Origin: an uncultured cyanobacterium
GTDB lineage: Bacteria > Cyanobacteriota > Cyanobacteriia > Cyanobacteriales > Nostocaceae
Assembly (NCBI GenBank): GCA_963740315.1
Contig: CAVUDP010000002.1
Span: 3,424,001-3,488,000 of the forward strand
Length of the DNA stretch: 64,000 nucleotides
Reading direction: 5' to 3'
Every line of letters begins with the position of its first letter. The first letter of the stretch is position 1. Positions 36,172 through 45,736 of this stretch are shown in pieces. The position numbers were made by a program, and so were the translations under genes. The notes beneath the pieces were generated by a model. It saw nothing but the letters and a program-made list of their open reading frames with translations. It did no database searches and was not told the origin of the DNA.

Positions 36172-36822
36172 TTAAAATTTACTATCATTATTTAAATCAT
36201 CTTTTTTAACCAATGTTTCCGCAAGAATATAAAAAATTATTACGGATGCCCAGGATATATCCCATAATGATGGTTTGAGAAATGCAACAACAATCGTTAT
36301 TAGAGCAACTGTTGGTTCAATTAATGAGGTGATTCTGATATATTTAATAGTATTTATATCTAAATTTTCATCTACTAAATTATGCTTATATGTTGCATAA
36401 GTCCAATTTAAGAAAGAGAAGAAGCCAATTAGAAATACATTTATGCTGTAGGAAATTTGAATTATTGCGTTTTGAGGAAAATACGCGATTAAAACGTTAG
36501 AATAAGGAATTATAAATAAACACATCAAAGAAGCTAGATAAAGCCAAAGATGTATTTCATTTGTTCTTTGATAATAACTAAACTGTTTTACATGGTCTAT
36601 CCAATAAAAAGCTAAAATTACGAATGTAATTACATAATTTCCGAGAGTATCCAATTGTGAAAGTAAGAAATCATTTACTTCGCTAATACTCATAGATGCA
36701 GGAAAATTAGGAAAGTCAAATCCGAAAATAGTCAACGCCATTGCTAAGGCAAAAATAGTGTCTGATAATCTTCCGAGATGGCTAATCATGTTTTTATAAT
36801 TGGGGTTTTTGTTGTTAGTCAT
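36172..36822 (-). CDS. TMEM175-family (DUF1211) membrane protein / K+ channel homolog
   Basis: RLSDTIFALAMALT, YVITFVILAFYWIDH, about 6 TMs. Confidence 0.8.
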   Translation of the reverse strand: MTNNKNPNYKNMISHLGRLSDTIFALAMALTIFGFDFPNFPASMSISEVNDFLLSQLDTLGNYVITFVILAFYWIDHVKQFSYYQRTNEIHLWLYLASLMCLFIIPYSNVLIAYFPQNAIIQISYSINVFLIGFFSFLNWTYATYKHNLVDENLDINTIKYIRITSLIEPTVALITIVVAFLKPSLWDISWASVIIFYILAETLVKKDDLNNDSKF

Positions 36823-36938
36823 TGGATTATTTAATTAATTTACATTGCTTCTATTTTTCTCGAACATTAACGATTAATAAAACCGCAGAGACGCAGAGAG
36901 CGCAGAGGAAAGAGATAGAAAGAGATTTTTTATTAAAT

Positions 36939-38102
36939 CTAAAAAACATCTGCTGGATCGGCACTTTGGAGTTTTCGCATTGCAACTACACCGGAAAAAC
37001 TACACATAATAATAGTTAAAGTTAGTACAAAAACTGCACGATCGATTTTCATTGCGATCGGTAATAAAGTCGCAGCGAAAGTAATTTGATATAATCCCAT
37101 CGAAAGCAACATACCGGGGAAAAATCCCAGTACTGACATTATCAAAGCTTCCTGCATCAGCATCATCATTAAATAGCGATCGCTATATCCCATCGCTTTG
37201 AGTGTGGCGTATTCTGGCAAGTGTTCGGATACGTCGGAGTAGAGGATTTGATACACAATTACAATACCGACGATAAAGCCAACTACTACACCAATACCGA
37301 ATATGAATCCTATACCTTGGTTTCCCCAATAATCTTTTTCTGTTTGAGCAAATTCTTGTGGAGTGAGTACTCTGACATCTTTGGGTAAGTTAGCCTTAAG
37401 TTGTGACTGTAATTTTTCTACGTCTGTATCTGGATTCAGATTAATTAAACCGACTTCGATTTGATTTGATTTACGGTTGGGAAATAGTTTTAAATAGGTA
37501 GAATCGCTGGTAATAATATTTCCGTCTGCTGCAAAGGAAGCACCCATTGTGAATAAACTAACGGCTTTAATATTTTGTTCGTTTAATAAGGTTTCTACGC
37601 TTCCTTTTTGTTGGATCAAATCTGAAATCGATCCGTATTCTGGACGAGATGCGCGATCAAATATGACGTTATTTAACTGCTTTAATTCTTCAAGATTTTG
37701 GTTGACTTCGGGAACATCAAAAGGTGGATTTATCGGATCGATTCCCCATATCAAAATTGCGCGATCGACGCGAGTTTCTGGATTGCGCCATTGGGCAGTA
37801 TTAATATATAAAGGACGAACTGATTTTACGCCTTCGTATGCCAAAGTTTGCTGCAATCTTTCTCTAGGAAAACTTTTAACTGAAAACAAGCTTTGAAACT
37901 GAGGATTAATTAAAACTAAGTCAGCTTGTAATGTTTTATGGGGTTTGGTAGCGCTATCAAATAGTGCATCTGATAACCCTAGTTGTACAAACATCAACAT
38001 ATCGGCAAAAGCAATTCCAGCTAAAGCAATCCCCAGCCGCATCTTCTCTTTTTTTAATTGCAGCCAAGCTAAAGGTGTGCGGCGAAATAGTTTACGAAAC
38101 AT
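36939..38102 (-). CDS. DevC-family ABC exporter permease
   Basis: PLAWLQL, GIAFADMLMFVQLG, VYQILYSDVSEHLPEYATLKAMGY, ADPADVF. Confidence 0.93.
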   Translation of the reverse strand: MFRKLFRRTPLAWLQLKKEKMRLGIALAGIAFADMLMFVQLGLSDALFDSATKPHKTLQADLVLINPQFQSLFSVKSFPRERLQQTLAYEGVKSVRPLYINTAQWRNPETRVDRAILIWGIDPINPPFDVPEVNQNLEELKQLNNVIFDRASRPEYGSISDLIQQKGSVETLLNEQNIKAVSLFTMGASFAADGNIITSDSTYLKLFPNRKSNQIEVGLINLNPDTDVEKLQSQLKANLPKDVRVLTPQEFAQTEKDYWGNQGIGFIFGIGVVVGFIVGIVIVYQILYSDVSEHLPEYATLKAMGYSDRYLMMMLMQEALIMSVLGFFPGMLLSMGLYQITFAATLLPIAMKIDRAVFVLTLTIIMCSFSGVVAMRKLQSADPADVF

Positions 38103-38130
38103 GACTAAAGTTAGTATTTTTTGCTCCTTG

Positions 38131-38240
38131 TCTCGTTCCCAGGCAGAGCCTGGGAATGTTTTGTGGGAGGCTCTGCCTCCGGTTTAAAGTAGAGGCAGAG
38201 CCTCTAGAAATGCATTACAAGGCTGAGCCTTGTAACGAGA
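38131..38240. repeat. Composite palindromic REP/REPIN-like element
   Basis: TCTCGTT...AACGAGA ends; internal CCCAGGCAGAGCCTGGG and GAGGCTCTGCCTC/GAGGCAGAGCCTC. Confidence 0.8.
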
Positions 38241-38266
38241 TATTTTTAAACTAAGTTAAAATCTCA

Positions 38267-38290
38267 TTTATATCAAACATTCGTTATAAA
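38267..38290. promoter_or_regulatory. Putative TetR operator upstream of devC
   Basis: TTTATATCAAACATTCGTTATAAA, 20/24 identical to 40222-40245. Confidence 0.6.
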
Positions 38291-38305
38291 TCAAATTAGT
38301 CAAAA

Positions 38306-39589
38306 TCATAATTCAATTTCTGTCTGTACTTGTAAATTAGTTAAAGTTTTAACCCTGTTGCTATCTTCTGGATTGAGAAGAATTTTCACGTCAACCACTC
38401 GTCTATCTAAATTTTCTCCCGGTTGGTTGCTGAAGACGTTTTGTCGGTTAATTTGTAAACCAATTTGAGCAACTTCTCCCTGTAATTTACCTGAAAAAGC
38501 TTGTCCGGTAATCAGCGCTTTTTGTCCCAACTTAACTTTGTCAATATCGGTTTGATATACTTCTGCAACTACCATCATTTGTTGAGTTTGTGCCATTTCA
38601 ACAATACCTGCATCAGCCATTTTTTCTCCTTCTTGGGTATGAATTTTAAGAATTTGTCCCGCTATCGGTGCGCGGATATAAGCTTGTTCTAAGTTGGTTT
38701 TGGCTTGTTTTAAAGCAGCTTTCGCGTTATCTACTTCGGTTTGTGATGCTCGAACATCTACCGGACGAATTTCTGAAATTTGATTTAAAGTTGCTTGTGC
38801 TTCTTTAATTTGTTCGCTTCCAGATGACTGAATGCGGTTGAGATTTGCTCTTTCTTCGGAAAGTTGTTGCTGTCGAGATGCTTCGATACGGTTGAGATTT
38901 GCTCTTGCTTCGTTAAGCTGCTGATTTGCTGTTTGTAATGTTAAGCGTTTACTATCTCGCAAAGAATTAGAAACTGCACCATTATTAAATAATTTTTGAT
39001 AGCGTTGGTATTCAATATTGGCATTATCAACCTCTGCTTGTAATTTCGCAATAGTCGCTTTCTGTGCAAGGATTTCCGTACTTTTTTCAGCTTGTAAGCG
39101 TACAACTGTTGCTTTTTGGGCTGCTATTTGAGTAGTTTTTTCTACTTGTAAACGTGCAATAGTTGCTTCTTGCGCTTGAATTTGTCCGGTTTTCGCTCCT
39201 GCTTTTACCTGTGCTAATTTTGCTTCAGCCATTCGTACCTGTTCTTTTGCTTGTAATACCGCATCTTGTAATCGTTTTTGGGAATCTAAAATGGCGATCG
39301 CATCTCCCACTTTTACTTTATCCCCTTCTTCAACTAACAATTTTGCAACTCTATCGCCATCTAAATTTAAAGGAGCAGATAAATTAATCACTTCTCCTTG
39401 CGGTTCCAATCTTCCCAAAGCGGTGACTTTTTTAACCGTAGGTAGGGCTTCCATTACAGGTGCTTCCGTTCGAGTTATCAAGCCAGTTTGAGAGATTCCA
39501 TAAAAGGCGATCGCACCAGTTAACACAGTAGCGGCTGCTACCACACCGATTAATTTATTAGAAGGCTTAGAAAGTATTTGCATAGCCAT
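38306..39589 (-). CDS. DevB-family membrane fusion protein
   Basis: VTALGRLEPQGEVI, VAEVYQTDI, NLDRRVVDVKI, LTNLQV. Confidence 0.92.
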   Translation of the reverse strand: MAMQILSKPSNKLIGVVAAATVLTGAIAFYGISQTGLITRTEAPVMEALPTVKKVTALGRLEPQGEVINLSAPLNLDGDRVAKLLVEEGDKVKVGDAIAILDSQKRLQDAVLQAKEQVRMAEAKLAQVKAGAKTGQIQAQEATIARLQVEKTTQIAAQKATVVRLQAEKSTEILAQKATIAKLQAEVDNANIEYQRYQKLFNNGAVSNSLRDSKRLTLQTANQQLNEARANLNRIEASRQQQLSEERANLNRIQSSGSEQIKEAQATLNQISEIRPVDVRASQTEVDNAKAALKQAKTNLEQAYIRAPIAGQILKIHTQEGEKMADAGIVEMAQTQQMMVVAEVYQTDIDKVKLGQKALITGQAFSGKLQGEVAQIGLQINRQNVFSNQPGENLDRRVVDVKILLNPEDSNRVKTLTNLQVQTEIEL

Positions 39590-39638
39590 AGTTTTAATAA
39601 TCACTAACAACTAACCACTAACAACTAACAACTATCTA

Positions 39639-40205
39639 CTAACTATTTAAATAAACATTTATCATTTTTACCAATAACTCTCCCTGCTCTTCATAAGAAA
39701 CCATCTCACCTTCAGACATTCGCACGCAAATCAAACCGTTTAAAAAGTTAACTACGAAATCAGCTACTGCTTTGTCTTCAATTTCTAAGTATTTTAATAA
39801 TTCCTCTCTTGAATTTTGTGCAACTCGCTGTAAAATTTCGTTATTTAATACTTCGCTTTTTCCTTGCTGTTGATAAAAGTCGCTCCACAGTAATATTTGA
39901 CTGATAAAATATTCTTCGTTTTTTTCAACAAAATTAACCAAAGCTCTGATTCGTTCTGGTACATATTTTATATCTCCAGATTCAGCCAGAAAATTGATAA
40001 TGTCTTGCTGAAATTGCTCTTCTACTAACTGTAAAAAGATAGCTTCTTTATTAGGAAAGTAGTGATACAGCGTTCCCGTCGAAACACTTAGTTCTTTGGC
40101 AATTTCGCGCATAGTGACGGAAGCATAACCTTTAGAAGCGAATAAATCGAAGCTTTTCCATAGCAGTTCTTTTCTATACTTTTCATGGTCTACAATCTTC
40201 GGCAT
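39639..40205 (-). CDS. TetR/AcrR-family transcriptional regulator
   Basis: MPKIVDH, GYASVTMREIA, STGTLYHYFPNKE. Confidence 0.93.
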   Translation of the reverse strand: MPKIVDHEKYRKELLWKSFDLFASKGYASVTMREIAKELSVSTGTLYHYFPNKEAIFLQLVEEQFQQDIINFLAESGDIKYVPERIRALVNFVEKNEEYFISQILLWSDFYQQQGKSEVLNNEILQRVAQNSREELLKYLEIEDKAVADFVVNFLNGLICVRMSEGEMVSYEEQGELLVKMINVYLNS

Positions 40206-40221
40206 TCAATCACTTGCATAT

Positions 40222-40245
40222 TTTATATCGAACGTTAGTTATATA
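40222..40245. promoter_or_regulatory. Putative TetR operator upstream of tetR
   Basis: Imperfect palindrome TTTATATCGAACGTTAGTTATATA, 16 bp before the start codon. Confidence 0.65.
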
Positions 40246-40329
40246 TTAAGCTAAGAGTGTCGTTTATGGCAATAGTTATTTGTTGCAGGTTGGGGAGAGG
40301 TAGCAGGGAGAAGTAGCGCTGCTACGTCT

Positions 40330-41044
40330 CTACATTATGGTGTCTGGATTAATCCCCATTTCTCGGAGTTTTTCGGCTAGTTGTGCGGCTCGTTGTTCGG
40401 CACTCGAGGCGCGTTGTTCGGCAGTTTGAGCGCGTTCGTCTCCTGTCGGTAAAACGCTACCATCTTGGTAACACCAACGTAACCAAGAGTCTTGTCTGGC
40501 TTCAAATTCTCCTTCCCACAAGGTTAAACCCAATCCTACTTGTTCTAACCAAGTTTCTGAAGTTTGGTAATAGCGCATTCCTCGTAATTCATAGATATGC
40601 AGGGTTTCTTCACTAAGTTGGTTGGTTGGGTCGTATACGATGTAGTAGCTTGCTCGCATATGTTCGTATATTCTTAGTTTTTCTCCCAATTCGTCACCAA
40701 CTTTGTTAGAAACAATCTCAATTGCCACTTCAGGAGGTTTACCAAATCGCCAAACCATGTAGCAACGGTTGTGTTTTTCCCACCAGTTTTGTGGAACTTG
40801 AGCATTTAAGCTGAGGAAAAGAATCGGGTACTATAGCTGGTTTTAAATCCGTGTAATAAACTCCAACATTCGCAGCAGCTAGAAAAGGTTGTTTTTGTAA
40901 AGAACTGTAAAGAGAACCGACTAAAAGCCGTTGTTGTTTTTCCGATGCAAAATTTCCAATCGGTGTATCATCTTCAGTAATTAACTTATCGGCATCTGGG
41001 ATATAGAAGCCATCATCAGTGTCAATTAAAGTTTGCTTGACCAT
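40330..41044 (-). pseudogene. Uma2-family gene split by a +1 frameshift near 40817-40823
   Basis: Two ORFs match the N- and C-halves of the 33451-34239 paralog; GAT T CTT TTC CTC AGC vs GAT GTC TTC CTC AGC. Confidence 0.85.
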
Positions 41045-41171
41045 AATAGATTATCTAATAATTTGGGTTTATATATCTACTTTAAACGATTTCCATATCA
41101 ATAATGTAGAGACGTTGCAATGCAACGTCTCCATGTATTTTATGTATAAAAAGCCTCTGAAAAAAACTTTT

Positions 41172-42239
41172 TTACCTTGATAAAGTCAATATTTTTTTAG
41201 AATATTGAGCCAGTTTAATTGTATTTGCTCTCAAATTCTTCCGAACAATTTTACAATCAGTATTCGATCTTTTTTGCGCTCCTAGCAAGGATATTTTGTA
41301 ATCCAAGTCTCCCCTAAGAAAATCATAAAGTTTGAACTTGTTTTCGATGGCTTTTTTGATGCTATATGCCATCATTACTCTCCCCGGTGATAATTTAGAA
41401 TATTCGGGATTGAAACCAGTTACTTGCCCATAAATAACGCTTTTATCTCTCTCAACATATATGCCAGTAGCAGCCACTGGAATTTCTTTGTCCCACAATA
41501 TATCTATCCACAAAGAGTTATTTTTTGCACAGCGACGAAAAACATTACGATAGGTATTTAAAACTAACTCAGACTGTTGTCCCCATTTAATTTGCCAAAG
41601 GTTTAATAAAACTGTTATTTGGTTTTCAAGATTATCAACTTGAATGCTGCTGAATGTAAAGTCGCTATTTTTCTCTATTTTATTCAACGAATTGCGTAAA
41701 TTCTTGCGAGGTTTTCTGCTAATGAAATTTTGTAAGTATTCCTCCCATTCATTAGGTAAGGAAATGTAGGGACAAGTTGTACCTGGCTCAATTATTACTT
41801 CAAACTCACTCTCAGAAAAATGTTTTACAAAAATATCTAATCTAGGATCTTGTATATCTTTGAAGTGGAAAATGTCCCATTGTAATTCGCGATCGATATA
41901 TAAAGCGAAACTCTTAATCGCATCCTGTTCATACTCTGGCTCACAGATAAATCCGGTATAGTCTGCCACTGGATGAGCGCAAGTTTGCAATGCTCTATAG
42001 ACATTAAGATTAGCCCATTGAAAAGAACGCATTGCTAATGGAAAGAAAGCAATATAAGGTAAATCTGGCTTAGGTCTAATAGCTAATATATACCACTCAT
42101 TAGGAACAAATTCTAACCATCCTCGCAGCCAAGACCATGATAAGAAGATTTGAGTATGAGGGTCTGAAGCGTAGATATTATTCCAATCGGTTTCTAATTC
42201 ATCAAACTGTTGAATACTATCAATTATTTCTACTAGCAT
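41172..42239 (-). CDS. GNAT family acetyltransferase (CelD/BcsL-like)
   Basis: FLSWSWL, DYTG, CPYISLP, SKLSPGR, YDFLRGD..YK. Confidence 0.85.
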   Translation of the reverse strand: MLVEIIDSIQQFDELETDWNNIYASDPHTQIFLSWSWLRGWLEFVPNEWYILAIRPKPDLPYIAFFPLAMRSFQWANLNVYRALQTCAHPVADYTGFICEPEYEQDAIKSFALYIDRELQWDIFHFKDIQDPRLDIFVKHFSESEFEVIIEPGTTCPYISLPNEWEEYLQNFISRKPRKNLRNSLNKIEKNSDFTFSSIQVDNLENQITVLLNLWQIKWGQQSELVLNTYRNVFRRCAKNNSLWIDILWDKEIPVAATGIYVERDKSVIYGQVTGFNPEYSKLSPGRVMMAYSIKKAIENKFKLYDFLRGDLDYKISLLGAQKRSNTDCKIVRKNLRANTIKLAQYSKKILTLSR

Positions 42240-43118
42240 TTGATTTATCCAAGGTATTTAAAATTGAGGAAAGTAAAATATATAGCCTAAAGTATGGTTG
42301 TCATAAACTATATAAAAAGGATGCAAAGAATCGTCAACATTAAATATGCAACACTTATTTATAAAATAAATGATGAAATCTTTAACTATGATCGTTGCGT
42401 TTCTCAATACTATATTCTTTGAGTCCCGAAGTAACTTACTTTAGAAAAAATTTAAAATACTATCCGAATTTTATTCAAAGTTTCAATAATATAAGTTGTA
42501 AAAGTGATAGATATTTTTGTTACATTTACCTAAAACAACATTCTGCTTATTTATTACAACAAAAGAATATTAAACTAATATTTTACTCTCGATAAAGATA
42601 TTTCACGATATTAAGATAAATAGTATCTATGACGACAAATAAAAATTTCAAACTTGAATCGCTGTTGATTTTTATTTTGTATTTAAATAAAAATAAGCTG
42701 ATGTATATAATGTTTATTTTTTTTGTAAATTCAATATATAACCAGATTTTCTTAGTAAAAGCGATCGCTAATTAACTGATTTGCACAACTGCGGATTTTA
42801 CAAGCATGGCGGTTGTTGACAATCAAACTAGACATAATGAAGCTTAAACTCATTTATTTTTGAATCAAGCTAAATAAAAGCACTGTTATTCGAGTTTTAA
42901 TAAAATTAGGAGTTAGGCAACCGCAACGATAAATTAAGCGTTTCAGTCTTTGAGATCCCCCCAACCCCCCGCTAAGTTGGGGAGCTTTGCGTAAGTCCTG
43001 AAAATATCAACTTTCAAAATCTAGGGATTTGCATAACGTTACGGAAAACAAAACTCCTGTAACAATAGTAGTAAGACGGATAAATACAACTACTGCACCT
43101 CACACCCAACGATAAACT

Positions 43119-44600
43119 ATGCTTACTCAAGAAAAATCCCAAAAAGTTAATTGGAAACCCATAATTAAGGAATTTGAAGCGGTTTTAGGAAAAAAAGGCG
43201 TTATAGTGCGTCGTGAGGAACTGATTACTTATGAATGCGATGGTTTAGCTAGCTATCGTCAACGCCCGGATGTGGCTGTTTTACCCAAAACCACAGAACA
43301 AGTTGCTGAAGTAGTGAAGATATGTAATAAATATTCGGTTCCTTTTCTTGCCAGGGGTTCGGGTACTGGTTTATCTGGCGGTGCTTTGCCCACTGTCGGA
43401 TGCGTATTGATAGTAACTTCTTTGATGCGGCAAATACTCAACGTCGATTTAGATAATCAGCGGGTTGTGGTTCAGCCTGGAGTCATTAACAATTGGGTAA
43501 CGCAAACGGTTAGCGGTGCCGGTTTTTACTACGCTCCCGACCCTTCGAGTCAAATTATTTGTTCTATCGGTGGTAACGTGGCGGAAAATTCCGGTGGCGT
43601 GCATTGTTTGAAGTACGGTGTTACCACTAACCACGTTTTAGGATTAAAAGTTGTCACTGCTAACGGTGATATTGTCGATTTGGGCGGACAAATCCAAGAA
43701 ATGCCCGGTTACGATTTAACGGGAATATTTGTTGGTTCCGAAGGTACGCTGGGAATCGCCACAGAAATAACTTTGCGAATTCTCAAAAGTGCAGAATCGA
43801 TTTGCGTTTTGTTGGCAGATTTTACCAGCGTGGAAGCAGCAGGTGCAGCAGTTTCCGATATCATCAGTGCCGGAATTATTCCTGGTGGTATGGAAATGAT
43901 GGATAACATGAGCATCAATGCAGTGGAAGATGTAACTGCAACGAATTGTTATCCCCGTGATGCTGTGGCAATTTTGTTAGTTGAAATCGATGGTTTGGAT
44001 GTAGAAGTCAAAGCTAATAAAAAGCGGGTTATCGATATTTGTAAAAATAATGGTGCCCGTAATGTAACTTCTGCGAACGACCCCGAAACACGTTTAAAAT
44101 TATGGAAAGGCAGAAAAGCAGCGTTTGCGGCTGCGGGACATTTAAGCCCAGATTATTACGTGCAGGATGGGGTAATTCCTCGGACTCAGCTTCCTTATGT
44201 ATTGCAAGAAATTGAGAATTTAAGTGAAAAATACGGTTATAAAATTGCCAACGTGTTTCATGCTGGTGATGGTAATTTGCATCCGCTAATTTTGTTTGAT
44301 AATTCAATTAAGGGTGAATTAGAAAAAGTAGAAGAAGTAGGCGGAGAAATTCTCAAGCTATGCGTCAAAGTTGGCGGCAGCATTTCCGGCGAACACGGTA
44401 TTGGTGCGGATAAAAAATGCTATATGCCAGATATGTTTTCAGATGCCGATTTAGAAACAATGCAGTGGGTTAAGCAAGTTTTTAACAGTAAAGGATTAGC
44501 AAATCCCGAAAAGATTTTTCCCACCCCGCGCACCTGTGGCGAAGCTGCAAGGGCTATGAGTGAGAAGAATAACAAGTTTGAGAATGTAGAGAAATTTTAA
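43119..44600 (+). CDS. glcD: Glycolate oxidase/dehydrogenase FAD subunit
   Basis: RGSGTGLSGGA, YAPDPSSQ, CLKYGVT, HAGDGNLHP, GEHGIG. Confidence 0.92.
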   Translation: MLTQEKSQKVNWKPIIKEFEAVLGKKGVIVRREELITYECDGLASYRQRPDVAVLPKTTEQVAEVVKICNKYSVPFLARGSGTGLSGGALPTVGCVLIVTSLMRQILNVDLDNQRVVVQPGVINNWVTQTVSGAGFYYAPDPSSQIICSIGGNVAENSGGVHCLKYGVTTNHVLGLKVVTANGDIVDLGGQIQEMPGYDLTGIFVGSEGTLGIATEITLRILKSAESICVLLADFTSVEAAGAAVSDIISAGIIPGGMEMMDNMSINAVEDVTATNCYPRDAVAILLVEIDGLDVEVKANKKRVIDICKNNGARNVTSANDPETRLKLWKGRKAAFAAAGHLSPDYYVQDGVIPRTQLPYVLQEIENLSEKYGYKIANVFHAGDGNLHPLILFDNSIKGELEKVEEVGGEILKLCVKVGGSISGEHGIGADKKCYMPDMFSDADLETMQWVKQVFNSKGLANPEKIFPTPRTCGEAARAMSEKNNKFENVEKF

Positions 44601-44795
44601 TTTGGGGAGTAGGGAGTAGGGAGATGGGGAAGAGTGGGTAGAGGGGGAGACAAGGGGACAAGGAGATGGGGAGATAGGGAGATGAGGAGAAAGTAATTTA
44701 TGACTTCTCACTTTTAACCTCAACTCCTAACTCCGGTGGTCCTCACTCCTAACTTTTAACTATTCCCTACTCCCTAATCCCTACTCCCTAATCAT

Positions 44796-45224
44796 TTAAC
44801 CAACTTCAACTAACTCAATATCAAAAGTTAATTGTTCTCCAGCTAAGGGATGATTAGCGTCTAAGGTAACTTTGGAATCCGAGACATCTGTAACGATAAC
44901 TGGAATTACTTGACCGTTATTTTGAGATATCTGTAATTGCTGACCGACTGCAACTGATAAGTCTGTAGGTATTTGCTCTTTCTCAACTGTGATTACTAGT
45001 TCTTCGCGTTGAGGACCATAAGCTTGCTCTGGGGGAATTTTTGTAGTTTTGGACTCTCCGGGAGCCATACCAACGATCGCTTCTTCAAATCCAGGAATCA
45101 CGTTTCCCGAACCAAGGGAGAACTCTAAAGGTTCGCGTTCGACTGAGGAATCAAAAACTGTACCGTCATCCAATTTGCCCGTATAGTGAACTTTTACATT
45201 GTCACCACTTTTTGCCTGTGTCAT
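44796..45224 (-). CDS. FKBP-type peptidyl-prolyl isomerase (SlyD/FkpB-like)
   Basis: [31 protein letters not shown]. Confidence 0.93.
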   Translation of the reverse strand: MTQAKSGDNVKVHYTGKLDDGTVFDSSVEREPLEFSLGSGNVIPGFEEAIVGMAPGESKTTKIPPEQAYGPQREELVITVEKEQIPTDLSVAVGQQLQISQNNGQVIPVIVTDVSDSKVTLDANHPLAGEQLTFDIELVEVG

Positions 45225-45581
45225 GTGTTTTCTCCTTTTACACTCTTAATACTTTACTGTGCAAATCGCCTTTATCTGCTCGATTCTATTTTTCCGGCGA
45301 AATAAAATAGCTTACTAATGGCTTCTTTCTAACTTAAACCTATTCAGCCAAAGCCTTTGAGTTAACTATTTCTATCTGATAATGCTAGATGTTTAACTAA
45401 TTCAATAATGATAGCTAATTTTGATTCAATACTTTGCATCAACAAAGAGTCGCATATTTCTATTACAAAATCTGATGAACGGAGTATTGAGTTAGGACCA
45501 CCGGAGTTAGGAGTTAAAATTAAAAGTGAGAAGTCATAAATTACTTTCTCCCCATCTCCCCATCTCCCCATCTCCCCATCT

Positions 45582-45705
45582 CCCCAAAGGTTACTGAGCA
45601 GTTCGACGTAGCTCACTGTAAGACTTGTCGAAGTACTCCCCCGAACCCCAAAGGTTACTGAGCAGTTCGACGTAGCTCACTGTAAGACTTGTCGAAGTAC
45701 TCCCC
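45582..45705. repeat. Two tandem copies (64-bp period) of a nested mini-element
   Basis: AAAGGTTACTGAGCAGTTCGACGTAGCTCACTGTAAGACTTGTCGAAGTACTCCCC x2. Confidence 0.9.
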
Positions 45706-45736
45706 ATCCCCCCATCCCCCTCTCCTCATCCTCTAC

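Noticed and set aside
45582..45705. Mini-CRISPR
   Set aside because: Two copies of a dispersed mini-element with only a few nt between them
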